Shown: positions 39,899 to 50,717, counted from the stretch's first letter. The stretch is DNA of 64,000 bases from Planctomycetota bacterium (GCA_021827645.1 JAKAVA010000041.1:2076-66075), one strand, 5' to 3'. Numbers and translations are program-made. The notes: generated by a model from the sequence alone, not told the origin.

Positions 39899-41575
39899 GT
39901 GGGTCGAAGCAGGGCCGTAGTGAAAGAGAAAATCAGCCATACTCTGAAGCTGACCCCCAGAGGATTTGCCGTCAGCTTAACCATTGGCAGCGTTTGCCTC
40001 GCCTTAAGTGGCTGCTCGTTTGAGCCGAAGTTACACGTGCCGGCCGCACCGAATACCAATCGGTACAACCCCGGTGGCAAACAGACTACGACCGGCAAGG
40101 CGGTTACTCGTACCGGAAATGCCGGCTCGGAACAGCGGTTTGTTTACGGCGCTCGGGTGGAGCAACTCTGGTGGCAGTTGTTCCGTTCGCACGCCCTCAA
40201 CAATCTTGTGCGCCGGGCCATCCGTCATAATCCGAGTATCAAAATATCTGAATCCAATCTGTCGCAGGCCTATGAAAACCTCAAATCCGTAGAGGGTATC
40301 TTCTGGCCGCAGGTTTCACTCAATACCAGCGGTGAACGCCAGCGCCAATCGGGCGAATCCTTCGGTGGTCCATCACGCACATTCAGTCTATACACCGGGC
40401 AATTGGAAGTTTCGTATACACCTGATATTTTCGGTCTCAATCGGCTGGTGTCCCGATCCTTCAAAGCACAGGAGGATGCCCAACGCTACGCCCTGCAGGA
40501 GGCGTATCTCACCGTTGAGGGTGACACCGTTGTCACGGCAGTGGCCGTCGCTGAATTGCATGCCGAAATCAGCACAACACGCAGACTCATTAAAGATCAG
40601 CGTTACATCCTCAAAATTATCACCCAGCAGTATCGGCTCGGCGCCGTACCGTATCTGGATGTCGTCAATCAGGAAAGCCAACTGGCCAGCACCCAGGCTA
40701 CGCTCCCGCCACTGCTTCAAAGCTACTCCGCCGAACGCAATGCTTTGGCCGTTCTTCTCGGCCGCATCCCTTCGATGGCAGATCTTCCCAAGCTGGATAT
40801 TCACTCCTTTACCCTACCGGTGAGATTACCGGTGTCGCTGCCGTCCATACTGGTCCATCAGCGGCCGGACATCCTCTCGGCGGAGGCACAACTTCGAGTA
40901 TCCAACGCCGCTGTCGGTGAGGCCATCGCCAAGATGTACCCTCTGATTCAGCTTACCGGTGCAATCGGTTTCGAGAATGGTCGGCTCTCCCACTTTTTCG
41001 ATGCATCGAGCCTGATCTGGTCGATTGCGGGTTCACTGGCCGTGACGATTTTTGATGGCGGCACGCTTCGGGCTAATAAAAAAGCCGCCGAATATGCCCT
41101 TAAATCAGCCGTTTACTCATATGAGTCGACCATCCTCAACGCCTTTAACCAGGTGGCCACGGCATTGCGGGCCGTTAAGCATGATGCGCAAAGTCTTCGT
41201 TTCAATGAGGCGGCTTATCGCGCCGCCGAAAAAGCCTACAAACTTGCCCAGTTTGAATATCGGGATGGGTCGATTGATTATGTCACGCTCCTTACAAGCG
41301 AAGTGCAATATCAGCAATCGCGTTTGGCCGTGGTGAGGGCCGCTTCACAGCGCTACGCCGACACTGCCGGCCTTTTCGTCGCTCTTGGTGGGGGATGGTG
41401 GCCGAAAGCCGATGCATCGGCTGAGCAGCAAAAATGGATGCAGACTACACTGATGAAGCATCGCCATATCGCAGAACGCGCCGGCACCGCGCGGGTTGAC
41501 GTCAGAAAAGTGCAGAGCGGATTTACACCCCCCTCCCCGGAAGCACAGAACCATGATGGGAGTTCCTTGAAATGA
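39899..41575 (+). CDS. RND efflux outer-membrane factor lipoprotein (NodT/TolC family)
   Basis: A lipobox is present (LALSGC). Outer-membrane-factor repeats are present. It is the first gene of a three-gene efflux operon. Confidence 0.8.
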   Translation: MGRSRAVVKEKISHTLKLTPRGFAVSLTIGSVCLALSGCSFEPKLHVPAAPNTNRYNPGGKQTTTGKAVTRTGNAGSEQRFVYGARVEQLWWQLFRSHALNNLVRRAIRHNPSIKISESNLSQAYENLKSVEGIFWPQVSLNTSGERQRQSGESFGGPSRTFSLYTGQLEVSYTPDIFGLNRLVSRSFKAQEDAQRYALQEAYLTVEGDTVVTAVAVAELHAEISTTRRLIKDQRYILKIITQQYRLGAVPYLDVVNQESQLASTQATLPPLLQSYSAERNALAVLLGRIPSMADLPKLDIHSFTLPVRLPVSLPSILVHQRPDILSAEAQLRVSNAAVGEAIAKMYPLIQLTGAIGFENGRLSHFFDASSLIWSIAGSLAVTIFDGGTLRANKKAAEYALKSAVYSYESTILNAFNQVATALRAVKHDAQSLRFNEAAYRAAEKAYKLAQFEYRDGSIDYVTLLTSEVQYQQSRLAVVRAASQRYADTAGLFVALGGGWWPKADASAEQQKWMQTTLMKHRHIAERAGTARVDVRKVQSGFTPPSPEAQNHDGSSLK

Positions 41576-42696
41576 CACGTTTCATTTTCGGTTTGATATT
41601 GGTTTTATCTTTTTTCGCCATTCTGGCGGGACTGTTCAAATTCAAGGCTTTTGTAAATTCCAAGTTTGCCTATGCCATCAGCCATCTTCCGCCGCCGGTC
41701 GTGACCGTCTCAAGTGCCAAAGTCACCCAGGCGAAGTGGGAACACACCATCAGCGCCGTCGCCAGTTTGACGGCGGTGCAGGGCGTCAACGTCACCGCGC
41801 AGATCGCCGGCAATGTAACGGGTATTTATTTTCACTCCGGAGAGCCGGTAAAAGCCGGTCAGCGTCTGGTGCAGGTGGATGACAGCACGCAGCTGGCGCA
41901 GCTTCGTGCCGATGAGGCCAATGAGGCGCTTGCAAAAATCAACGTTGATCGAACCCGCAAGCTCATCGCTCATCGGGCGGCGTCACAATCGCAGCTCGAT
42001 ACCTACGTCGCCACTCTCGCCAATATTAAGGCGGTGGTCGGTCAGGATAAGGCAACCTTGGCCAAACTCGATATCACCGCACCTTTTTCGGGCTATCTGG
42101 GCATCCGGCAGGTCAGCTTGGGGCAGTATCTTTCACCCGGAACCTCCGTCGTGACGATCAACAAGTGGAGCCCCATTTACGCCGATTTTAATATCCCGCA
42201 GAACGAATTCCCCGAATTGAAGGTAGGTCGGAAGGTTTCACTCTCTGTTGACGCGTATCCGAAGCACCTGTTTAACGGGAAGATTCAGGCCATCTCATCG
42301 AATGTGGATACCAACTCCCGCACCATTCAGGTTCAGGCAGAATTCAAAAACCGCCATCTGCTGCTTCGCCCCGGCATGTTCGGTGAGGTGACGGTACACA
42401 CAGGTAAGACGAATACATTTAATGTCGTACCCGATACCGCCATCACCTATAACACCTACGGTGATTACGTGTATCTCATTATCAGTAAACCCGCAGCGAC
42501 TCAATCTGCAAAGACTCCGAAAAACGCAAAATATCAGAAAATCGTCAAGCAGGTGCCCGTCGTGGTGGGGCCGGAGCGCAACCAGATGACGGCCATCTTA
42601 TCGGGTGTGAAACTCGGTGAGACGGTGGTTACCGCCGGGCAGATCAAGCTTCACCCTGGCGCTATCGTCAAGATCAGTAACACCATTAAACCCTGA
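41572..42696 (+). CDS. RND efflux membrane fusion protein (periplasmic adaptor)
   Basis: The gene overlaps the OMF gene's stop by 4 nt. It has an N-terminal TM followed by a biotin-lipoyl-like/HlyD-like adaptor architecture. Confidence 0.8.
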   Translation: MTRFIFGLILVLSFFAILAGLFKFKAFVNSKFAYAISHLPPPVVTVSSAKVTQAKWEHTISAVASLTAVQGVNVTAQIAGNVTGIYFHSGEPVKAGQRLVQVDDSTQLAQLRADEANEALAKINVDRTRKLIAHRAASQSQLDTYVATLANIKAVVGQDKATLAKLDITAPFSGYLGIRQVSLGQYLSPGTSVVTINKWSPIYADFNIPQNEFPELKVGRKVSLSVDAYPKHLFNGKIQAISSNVDTNSRTIQVQAEFKNRHLLLRPGMFGEVTVHTGKTNTFNVVPDTAITYNTYGDYVYLIISKPAATQSAKTPKNAKYQKIVKQVPVVVGPERNQMTAILSGVKLGETVVTAGQIKLHPGAIVKISNTIKP

Positions 42697-42713
42697 ATTC
42701 GGATGTTGATGGA

Positions 42714-45700
42714 ATGAAATTTACCGACATATTCGTAAAACGCTGGGTCCTGGCCAGCGCTATTAATCTCATCATCCTCATCGTCGGCTTGCGCGCGTGG
42801 CTGACGATGACGGTGCGGGAGTATCCCAACGTCATCAGCACGACGGTGACGGTCACCACGGCCTATCCGGGTGCCAGCCCGTCGACGGTTCAGGGCTTCA
42901 TTACCTCGCGCCTTGAGCAGGCGATCGCCCAAGCCCCCAATATCGACTACATGACCGGCACGAGTACCGAAGGCACGTCCACCATCAGTGCCAACATGGT
43001 GCTGAACTCCAATCCGAACTCCGACATTGCGCAGATCTTGGCCAAGGTCAAACAGGTGGCCAGTCAGTTGCCGCCCGAAAGTCAGTCACCATCCGTTAAT
43101 GAATCCGTCGGCGACAGTCGGGCATTGATTTATCTGGCATTTTACAGCCGTCGGCTCACCGGCCAGCAGATTAACGACTATCTGTTGCGCGTCATCCAGC
43201 CGGAAATTCAGTCCATTCCAGGTGTCAGTCAGGCCCAGATTCTCCCCCCCGGTACCGGGTCCAGCGGAAACAGCTTTGCCATTCGCGTGTGGCTGAAACC
43301 CAACAAGATGGCGGCCTTGGGGATCACGCCCTCCGATGTCTACAACGCGATCGCCAATAACAACAGCATCTCCGCAGTAGGGCGGTTGCGGGGCAAAAAT
43401 ATCGCCGAGGTCATCACCGCCACGACCCAGCTCAAAAATGTCAATGAGTTCAAGAATTTGGTGGTGGAAAAAGTCGGCTCCGCCATTATTTATCTCAAAG
43501 ACGTTGCGCATGTGGAATTGGGTGCTCAAAATTACAATTCCAGCGTTTTACTCAACGGCAAGCGGGCTGTTTTCATGGGCATTCAAACCACGCCCGATGC
43601 CAACGATCTTGCCGTCGCCCACTCGGTTCACGTCATGTTTGCCAAGATCAAGAAATCGCTTCCGCCCGGCCTTCACGCCACCGTCGGTTTTGACGGCAGC
43701 ACGTACATCAAAGTTGCCATCGCCGATGTTGAAAATACCGTACTGATCACGCTCGGCATTGTGGTTTTGGTGGTCTTCCTGTTCCTCGGTTCGCTGCGGG
43801 CGCTTTTCATTCCGGCCATCGCGATCCCACTATCCATCATCGGCGCTGGTACATTCGCAGAGGCCAGCGGATTTTCTATCAATCTGCTCACACTACTGGC
43901 CATCATTCTCGCCATCGGTCTGGTCGTCGACGACGCCATCATCGTGGTGGAAAATATTCAACGGCACATTGATGAGGGAATGGCGCCGACGGCGGCTGCC
44001 ATTCGCGGTGCCCGTGAACTTGCCAACCCGATTCTCGTCATGTCCACAACCCTGGCCGCCGTATTTGCCCCGATCGGGCTCATGGGGGGGCTCACCGGCT
44101 CCCTCTTCAGCGAGTTTGCGTTCACACTCGTCTTTACCGTGCTCGTTTCCATGGTGGTAGCACTTACACTTTCCCCCATGCTCAGCAGCCATCTCCTCAA
44201 GCCGCCCCGCCCCCATGGCCTGGTGAGTTTTCTCGACCATGTTTTTGATGCCGTGCGCCGCTTTTACATCATGACGCTTGAAGCGATCCTCAAGATTCGC
44301 ATTGCCGTGCTCATTGCCGCCGCCGGGCTTTTTGTCAGTATTCCATTCCTCGTCATGGGCACCAAAGCGGAACTCGCGCCGACGGAAGACCAGGGCATTC
44401 TGTTCTTTACCGGTACCGGGCCACCGACCGCCACGCTGCATTACATGTCCAAATATGCGGCCCAGATCAAGAAAATCTGCGATTCCTTCCCGCAGACTCA
44501 AAGGGTATTCCAGGTTAATGGGTTTTCATTTGTTTCACCGGGGCAGAATACCCTCGTCGGCGGCATGTTGCTAAAACCGTGGAATGAGCGAACCGTTACC
44601 CAGCAGCAGATTTATCCCATCCTAAACAAGAAACTCAAAGCCGTAGCAGGCGTTCAGGTTGGCGCTTTTCCCTTGCCGTCGCTCCCCGGATCAGCGGGTG
44701 GCTACCCCGTTCAATTTGTCATCAAGACGACACATACATTCTCTGAACTTGATCAGGTGGCCAATCGCATGCTCAAAGCGGCGATGGCGAGCCACAAATT
44801 CGTATTTCTGACCAAAGACATCCGTTTTGATGATCCGCAGGTGAAAATCAAGATTCATCGCAAGATTGCCGCCGATCTCGGCTTCACTGCCGCTCAGATT
44901 ACCAGCGACCTTCAACCGCTGCTTGGGGGCAACTTCGTCAATCGGTTCGATCTTGAGGGACGCAGTTACAAGGTGATTCCGCAGTTGGCCGACGCCCGGC
45001 GGGCCACCACAGAGCAGTTGAAAAACTACTACATCCGAACCAATTCCGGTGCGATGATCCCGCTATCGACCATCGTCTCAATCCACCATGTCGTGGAACC
45101 CGAATTTATCGCGCAGTTTCAGCAGCTTAACGCCGCCACCCTGGAAGGGGTGCCCGCGCCGGGAGTATCGCTCGGACAGGCGCTCACCTACCTGAAGAAT
45201 TTATCGAAGAAAATACTCCCGCCCGGCTACGCCATCGACTACGCCAGTCAGTCGCGGCAATATCTGGAACAGGGCAATGCCATTGTCGTCACCTTTGTCC
45301 TCTCCATCATCCTCGTCTTCCTGATGATGGCGGCGCAGTTTGAAAGCTTCATTGACCCTCTTATCGTCATGTTCACCGTGCCGATGTCCATCTTTGGTGC
45401 TCTGATCTTTTTATTCCTTGGTAAGGCGACGCTTAATATTTATACGGAAGTCGGGCTTATTACACTCATCGGCCTGATCACCAAGCAGGGTATTCTGATT
45501 GTTGAATTTGCCAACCGCCTGCAGGAGGAAGAAGGTCTCAGTCGCCATGAGGCGGTTGTTAAAGCATCTTCCGTGCGTTTGCGTCCCATTCTGATGACCA
45601 CCGGTGCGATGGTCTTCGGTGTGGTGCCCCTCCTCGTCGCCACCGGTGCGGGGGCGGTGAGCCGCTTTGACATGGGCCTGATGCTGGCATCCGGACTCTC

Positions 45701-45815
45701 AATCGGCTGTCTGTTCTCGCTTTATGTGGTGCCCGTGATTTACTCCTTTATCGCTACGGTCAAGCATAAGGTCACCATACCGGATACCGAAGCAGGGCCC
45801 ACTGGAGGGGCATAA
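42714..45815 (+). CDS. RND (HAE1/AcrB-like) efflux permease
   Basis: It is 1033 aa with 12 TM segments and two large periplasmic loops. AcrB-family blocks are present (…VVDDAIIVVENI…). Confidence 0.85.
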   Translation: MKFTDIFVKRWVLASAINLIILIVGLRAWLTMTVREYPNVISTTVTVTTAYPGASPSTVQGFITSRLEQAIAQAPNIDYMTGTSTEGTSTISANMVLNSNPNSDIAQILAKVKQVASQLPPESQSPSVNESVGDSRALIYLAFYSRRLTGQQINDYLLRVIQPEIQSIPGVSQAQILPPGTGSSGNSFAIRVWLKPNKMAALGITPSDVYNAIANNNSISAVGRLRGKNIAEVITATTQLKNVNEFKNLVVEKVGSAIIYLKDVAHVELGAQNYNSSVLLNGKRAVFMGIQTTPDANDLAVAHSVHVMFAKIKKSLPPGLHATVGFDGSTYIKVAIADVENTVLITLGIVVLVVFLFLGSLRALFIPAIAIPLSIIGAGTFAEASGFSINLLTLLAIILAIGLVVDDAIIVVENIQRHIDEGMAPTAAAIRGARELANPILVMSTTLAAVFAPIGLMGGLTGSLFSEFAFTLVFTVLVSMVVALTLSPMLSSHLLKPPRPHGLVSFLDHVFDAVRRFYIMTLEAILKIRIAVLIAAAGLFVSIPFLVMGTKAELAPTEDQGILFFTGTGPPTATLHYMSKYAAQIKKICDSFPQTQRVFQVNGFSFVSPGQNTLVGGMLLKPWNERTVTQQQIYPILNKKLKAVAGVQVGAFPLPSLPGSAGGYPVQFVIKTTHTFSELDQVANRMLKAAMASHKFVFLTKDIRFDDPQVKIKIHRKIAADLGFTAAQITSDLQPLLGGNFVNRFDLEGRSYKVIPQLADARRATTEQLKNYYIRTNSGAMIPLSTIVSIHHVVEPEFIAQFQQLNAATLEGVPAPGVSLGQALTYLKNLSKKILPPGYAIDYASQSRQYLEQGNAIVVTFVLSIILVFLMMAAQFESFIDPLIVMFTVPMSIFGALIFLFLGKATLNIYTEVGLITLIGLITKQGILIVEFANRLQEEEGLSRHEAVVKASSVRLRPILMTTGAMVFGVVPLLVATGAGAVSRFDMGLMLASGLSIGCLFSLYVVPVIYSFIATVKHKVTIPDTEAGPTGGA

Positions 45816-45971
45816 CACCGCGCGTGTGGTTTCCCGACTTCATCGCGCCGGATCGCGACCACGGATCCGGCGCTGCCTGAATAACTCTGCTCGCTGCCTC
45901 ACCGCTCGTTTATCCACGCTTTTTAACGGGTCGCATATAATTTCCGGCTTGGAGTTCACGGAGTTATCGGG

Positions 45972-46928
45972 ATGAAACGTTTCAAAGACCTTACCGAACA
46001 GGAAATTCTCGCCTTGGCTATTTCCATGGAGGAGGATGACGGCAAGACCTACGGAGAATTTGCACAATTTTTGGAGAAGGATTTTCCGGCCTCAGCAAAA
46101 ATTTTTGCCACCATGCAGGAGGAGGAATCCGATCATCGCCGGCGGCTGCTTGATACATACATCGAACGCTTCGGCCAGCAAATGCCGCCCATTACACGCG
46201 AAGATGTCAGCGGCTTCGTCAAACGCCGCCCCAAGTGGTTGGTGATGCAATCAGGCATTAACGCCATCCGGCAGCAGGCGGAAATCATGGAATTGGAAAC
46301 GCGGAATTTTTATCAGAAGGCCGCCGCCCGCTGCACACACGCCTCCGCCCGCAAGTTGCTCGGCGATCTGGCTCAGGAAGAACAGAAGCATGCCGCTTCG
46401 GCCTCCAATCTTGAAAAAGATAAGGTCAACGAAGATACCAAAAAAATTGAATCCGAGGCGCAGGCCCGTCTGTTCGTTCTGCAAATAGTTCAGCCGGGTC
46501 TCGTGGGACTTATGGACGGTTCAGTTTCAACGCTCGCACCAATCTTTGCGGCCGCCTTCGCCACCCATGACAGCTTTCAGGCGTTCGTCGTCGGTATTGC
46601 CGCCGCCGTCGGCGCCGGTATTTCCATGGGGTTTGCCGAGGCCCTCTCCGACGATGGATCGCTTACCGGGCGGGGCCATCCGCTGATCCGCGGGGTTGTC
46701 TGTGGGTTGATGACCACTGCCGGCGGATTGTTGCATACTCTTCCCTTTCTGATTACCGATTTCCGGGTGGCGGTGGGTGTTGCAGTTGGGGTGGTCTGTC
46801 TGGAACTGGTCGCCATCAGCTACACTCGCTACAAATTTATGGATACCCCTTTCCTGCGGGCGGCATTTCAGATCGTTGTGGGTGGATTTTTGGTATTCCT
46901 GGCCGGGATATTATTCGGCTCCCTGTAA
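45972..46928 (+). CDS. mbfA: MbfA-like membrane-bound ferritin: N-terminal rubrerythrin/ferritin-like domain fused to a C-terminal VIT1/CCC1 iron-transporter domain
   Basis: The N-terminus has a ferritin-like diiron E-x-x-H pattern (…EEESDHRRRL…, …QEEQKHAAS…). The C-terminus has VIT1 TM helices (GLVGLMDGSVSTLAPIFAAA…). Confidence 0.7.
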   Translation: MKRFKDLTEQEILALAISMEEDDGKTYGEFAQFLEKDFPASAKIFATMQEEESDHRRRLLDTYIERFGQQMPPITREDVSGFVKRRPKWLVMQSGINAIRQQAEIMELETRNFYQKAAARCTHASARKLLGDLAQEEQKHAASASNLEKDKVNEDTKKIESEAQARLFVLQIVQPGLVGLMDGSVSTLAPIFAAAFATHDSFQAFVVGIAAAVGAGISMGFAEALSDDGSLTGRGHPLIRGVVCGLMTTAGGLLHTLPFLITDFRVAVGVAVGVVCLELVAISYTRYKFMDTPFLRAAFQIVVGGFLVFLAGILFGSL

Positions 46929-47020
46929 TCCGGCTTCGACTGGTCGGCGCCTTGGAATATAAAACCTCTGATGGTTTTCAATTCATTGGTTTTGCTCTAA
47001 AGTGCTCCCCAGCGGATATC

Positions 47021-47107
47021 GCCCGGGTGGCGGAATTGGCAGACGCTCAGGACTTAAAATCCTGTGACCGTTTTCGGTCGTGCGGGTTCGAGTCCCGCCC
47101 CGGGCAC
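47021..47107 (+). tRNA. tRNA-Leu (anticodon UAA), class II with a long variable arm
   Basis: The acceptor stem GCCCGGG pairs with CCCGGGC. The anticodon stem-loop is CAGGA-CTTAAAA-TCCTG. A long variable arm and the T-arm GCGGG-TTCGAGT-CCCGC are present. CCA is not encoded. Confidence 0.85.
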
Positions 47108-47312
47108 TTTCCGCCGCAATGTGTCAAATGAAACCTTCGCTCTGAGTTCAATCGCTAACCGGTGCCCGCGTCCTTCACGTTGGCATGGCAACGCCGTAGA
47201 TTCCCCCTCCACAATCGCGCGGCAGAATGCCATTCACCACTTCGCTACGCGTTCAGCTCCATGGGGAAAGATACTCCCGCCGTCGCCTCGGCCTTGAGTA
47301 TAAAAGAGTCGA

Positions 47313-48728
47313 TCATGCAACCCACAATTTTTCCATCTGTTCCAGTGATCGATTCTTCGTCTCAGGTACCAGCGCCCAGACGAAAATAGCCGCCAGAATG
47401 CTCATCACGCCGTAAATCCAATACGCAAATCCATGGTGAAAATGCTTGACCAGATATGGATTCCCGTCGAGAATCGGGAAAGTCCAGCTCACCGTTAAGT
47501 TGGCGATCCATTGAGCGGCCACCGCCACCGCCATCGCCTTACCCCGAATTTGATTGGGGAAAATTTCACTCAGCAACACCCAAGTGACCGGTCCCCACGA
47601 CATCGCAAACCCGGCGATATACACCAACATACTGATCAGCGCCACGATCCCCTTGCCGTGGAGCATGAAATTTGAACCCAAAGCGATCATGCTCACCGCC
47701 ATCACAAGGGCTCCGATAATCTGCAACGGCTTTCGCCCCAGTCGGTCCACGGTCAGGACGGCGACGATGGTAAAGAGCAGATTCACCGCACCAACAATAA
47801 TGGTTTGAAGCAGCGAAGCATTGGTCGTGAGCCCCATACCCTTGAAAATGGTTGGCGCATAGTATAGAACGACATTAATCCCAACAAACTGCTGAAATAC
47901 CGATAGCATGATGCCGACGAAAATAATCAGGAAGCCGAACGAAAACAGCTTGCCTGAATGATGTTCGGATAGAGACGCCCGAATCTCCGAAATCTCCTTG
48001 TCGCCCTCCTCCGCGGGCATCAGCCGTGAAAGTACCCTACGGGCTTCATCTTCACGACCTCGCAGCATCAGGTATCGCGGCGTTTCAGGCACCAGAAACA
48101 GCAGAATCAGAAATGCCAGCGCAGGAACCGTTCCCGACAAAAACATGTAACGCCAGCCGATGGTGTTCAGCCACGTTGTACTGTTACCGACACTGGCAAT
48201 GGCGTAATTGACAAAATAAATCACCAACATGCCGAATATGATGGCCAACTGATTCCAGGCCACCAGATTGCCGCGAATTCTTGGGGGAGCGATCTCGGCG
48301 ATGTACATCGGGGCGAGCATGGATGCCAGTCCCACACCGATTCCCCCGATGATGCGATATCCGACGAAGTTCCAGATATACGCAGGACCACCGTGCCCGA
48401 TCGGGGCAAACATGAACTCCGGCGCCGCCGCGCCCAGTGCTGATATCAGAAATAGCACGGCCGAAATGATCAGCCCACGTTTACGTCCGATGTGGGTGCT
48501 GATCCAGCCGCCGATGATGCCGCCGATGACGCAGCCGACCAGTGCGCTCGATGTGACAAATCCGAGCAGCAGATTGGCGTCATTCGGTTTCAGGTGGCGG
48601 GGAGCGATGAAATAGGCTTTCAGGCTTCCGACAGCGCCGGAAATGACCGCCGTATCGTAACCGAACAGCAATCCTCCAAGGGTGGCGATCAGTGTTAACA
48701 GGACAATATACCAATTGAGTCGCGCCAT
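47313..48728 (-). CDS. xylE: D-xylose/proton symporter (MFS sugar porter family)
   Basis: The N-terminus MARLNWYIVLLTLIATLGGLLFGYDTAVISGAVGSL is nearly collinear with E. coli XylE. It lies downstream of xylA on the same strand. Confidence 0.8.
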   Translation of the reverse strand: MARLNWYIVLLTLIATLGGLLFGYDTAVISGAVGSLKAYFIAPRHLKPNDANLLLGFVTSSALVGCVIGGIIGGWISTHIGRKRGLIISAVLFLISALGAAAPEFMFAPIGHGGPAYIWNFVGYRIIGGIGVGLASMLAPMYIAEIAPPRIRGNLVAWNQLAIIFGMLVIYFVNYAIASVGNSTTWLNTIGWRYMFLSGTVPALAFLILLFLVPETPRYLMLRGREDEARRVLSRLMPAEEGDKEISEIRASLSEHHSGKLFSFGFLIIFVGIMLSVFQQFVGINVVLYYAPTIFKGMGLTTNASLLQTIIVGAVNLLFTIVAVLTVDRLGRKPLQIIGALVMAVSMIALGSNFMLHGKGIVALISMLVYIAGFAMSWGPVTWVLLSEIFPNQIRGKAMAVAVAAQWIANLTVSWTFPILDGNPYLVKHFHHGFAYWIYGVMSILAAIFVWALVPETKNRSLEQMEKLWVA

Positions 48729-48804
48729 GATGCCTCCTCAAAAACAACCGCCGAAATTTCCTGTCATCCGTGTATGTACCCCATGAGTATCACCCATGAA
48801 GTTG

Positions 48805-49839
48805 TCAATACAGACAAGATGCCAGATAGCCCGCCAGAGCCGTGTATTTTTGACGTGTGCGGAACTCCGCTATCTTCCGCCGATCAACCTTAAGAGCCCG
48901 GTTCCAGAGCCGCTGCAAATTGGCCGCGCTGACGTGAAGAATATCCGCAATGTCTTCGGTACGGTCGGTTCGCGGTGCCTTGACATCAAAGGCGAGAATT
49001 CCATTCCACTTCGCATCCTGCAGCACCACACACAAGGCTAAATCCTTGAGCGGTTCCGTATAACCAAACGGCAGGTCCTGATCGTATCGGGTGGTATCCT
49101 GTGAGTTCAAGTGAATATGAAAAAGTTTACCCGCCTCAAGGCACATTTCCACGTCCCACAGATAATCCAGCCCTGCCATCCGGCTGTGGGCGGTTTCCGG
49201 ATTAATACCGAAGAGCGGCTCGACCGATTTGTCCAGCCGACTGATCAGGTACAACGCCTCACCGACATTACCCAGATACATATTGGCCCGCGGTTCATTC
49301 GGCTTGGGTTCCAGAGCAAAACGTGGAGCCTTTTTCCCGTATGTTTTCAGAGCGTATTCCCCCACGGCATTGAAACCGTCCACCATCCGTCTGAAAGAGT
49401 CGCGCCCGTTTTTCGCCAAAACAAAGTCAAAACCCTCTCGACCGTTCCAGAACACCATGACCTCGGCGCCCAGAGCAACGGTGACATCAACTGCCTCAAT
49501 CGCATTCTTCAAGGCCTGCTTCCGCACGGCCGGATCGTTGCTCGTCATGGCACCGTCCTTGAAGATCGGATCGGCGAAGAACGACGGCGTATACATGCCC
49601 ATCTTCAAGCCGTGCCGTTTCATCAGCTTTTTGGCTGCCTCAACATCACTCCGGGGAATCTCCACATCATGAGCTTCAATGTATGTGATACCGGCTGCCG
49701 CGAGCATCGGCAGGCGGTCCAGTATGGGAATGTCAGGACGCGTCGGGCCGCCGAACGGGTCTCGTCCTGCCCCCAGATTCCACACGCCGGCACCGATGCC
49801 GCGCTTTCCAACTTTTCCCGGAATCACAATTTTTTGCAT
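48805..49839 (-). CDS. xylA: Xylose isomerase (class I, short form)
   Basis: FALEPKPNEPRANMYL is the xylose-isomerase signature. The N-terminus …IGAGVWNLGAGRDPFGGPTRP… resembles class I XylA. The start is probably MQKIVIP, about 59 codons inside ORF 48805..50013. Confidence 0.8.
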   Translation of the reverse strand: MQKIVIPGKVGKRGIGAGVWNLGAGRDPFGGPTRPDIPILDRLPMLAAAGITYIEAHDVEIPRSDVEAAKKLMKRHGLKMGMYTPSFFADPIFKDGAMTSNDPAVRKQALKNAIEAVDVTVALGAEVMVFWNGREGFDFVLAKNGRDSFRRMVDGFNAVGEYALKTYGKKAPRFALEPKPNEPRANMYLGNVGEALYLISRLDKSVEPLFGINPETAHSRMAGLDYLWDVEMCLEAGKLFHIHLNSQDTTRYDQDLPFGYTEPLKDLALCVVLQDAKWNGILAFDVKAPRTDRTEDIADILHVSAANLQRLWNRALKVDRRKIAEFRTRQKYTALAGYLASCLY

Positions 49840-50005
49840 AGACAACTTCTCCAACAATAGTTGGTAATTTAAGGCCATACCGGATGTTTCGTCAAATCCG
49901 CAGTGGCACGCAAAGTTGTCACAGAAAGTCGTCATGGCGCAAAGAGCGTTGAGTTTGAATCGCCATAAAAAACCGCGGAGGGTATCGTCGTAGTTAAAAC
50001 AGAGG

Positions 50006-50040
50006 CTGCCCATTCAGGGATATTGTCCCTGAATGGGCAG
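50006..50040. promoter_or_regulatory. Perfect 15-bp inverted repeat (ctgcccattcaggga-N5-tccctgaatgggcag) in the 880-bp xylA / XRE-S24 divergent intergenic region
   Basis: Read directly from the sequence. It lies about 170 bp upstream of the xylA start. It is either an operator or a hairpin, and there is no convincing T-tract after it. Confidence 0.4.
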
Positions 50041-50717
50041 TATTGGATTCTCTCTCCGCCTCCATGTGTCCATCCATCCGATGAAAAGCCCTGCCCGCGC
50101 ACCGGCCCTCTCTCGTGCGCATCGCGCCCGCCGGCAAACCGAGCTGACTTTATACTGGCGACCAAAAACCGTGATATGCAGCAAGTGCAAAGCGTGGTTT
50201 CGATCGATGCGCCGACTTGTCTCTCTGCGGCGCGGAATAAACCTCTCACTCCCTCCGGGGCAATCCTGCTAAAGGCAGATGCCACAATCGCCAAAAGCTT
50301 TCAATCGTCAGCGTTTCATGTCGATCTGAAAATGCCTCGGCGATTTTCCGGCGACCCGACTGATTTCATTTTTCTCATCGTGACTGATCCGCAACTGATT
50401 TGCACTTGCGTGATCTCATCAGCACATTCTTTGTATCGACCGGATGCAGCATCGGGATGAGTCGGCGCTCCTTTTATTTGGTGGAAAAATATTATGTGTC
50501 AGTTTTGGCCTGCCGAAGTCATTCGGGCGCATAATCATCGGTCGCGTGAATTCCCCCGCCTGATACTATCGCTCCCGATAAGTCGCCATGCGGCGCTATT
50601 CTTTTTGTGGTGGGGGAGGCATGCGGAATTCGCCGCCCGATCTCGAGCCGCTGTTTGACATGACCTATGTATGTGTGTATGATAACCAACATATATTAGG
50701 GTTCGGAGTAAAAAATC

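Noticed and set aside
49111-49860. A 249-aa plus-strand ORF opposite xylA
   Set aside because: It is antisense to xylA, whose FEPKPNEP signature is unambiguous.
48805-50013. The full 402-aa xylA ORF including the N-terminal MGSLCFNYDD… extension
   Set aside because: The first roughly 58 residues are Cys-rich and unlike any xylose isomerase. The conserved N-terminus begins at the internal Met, so the shorter start was chosen.
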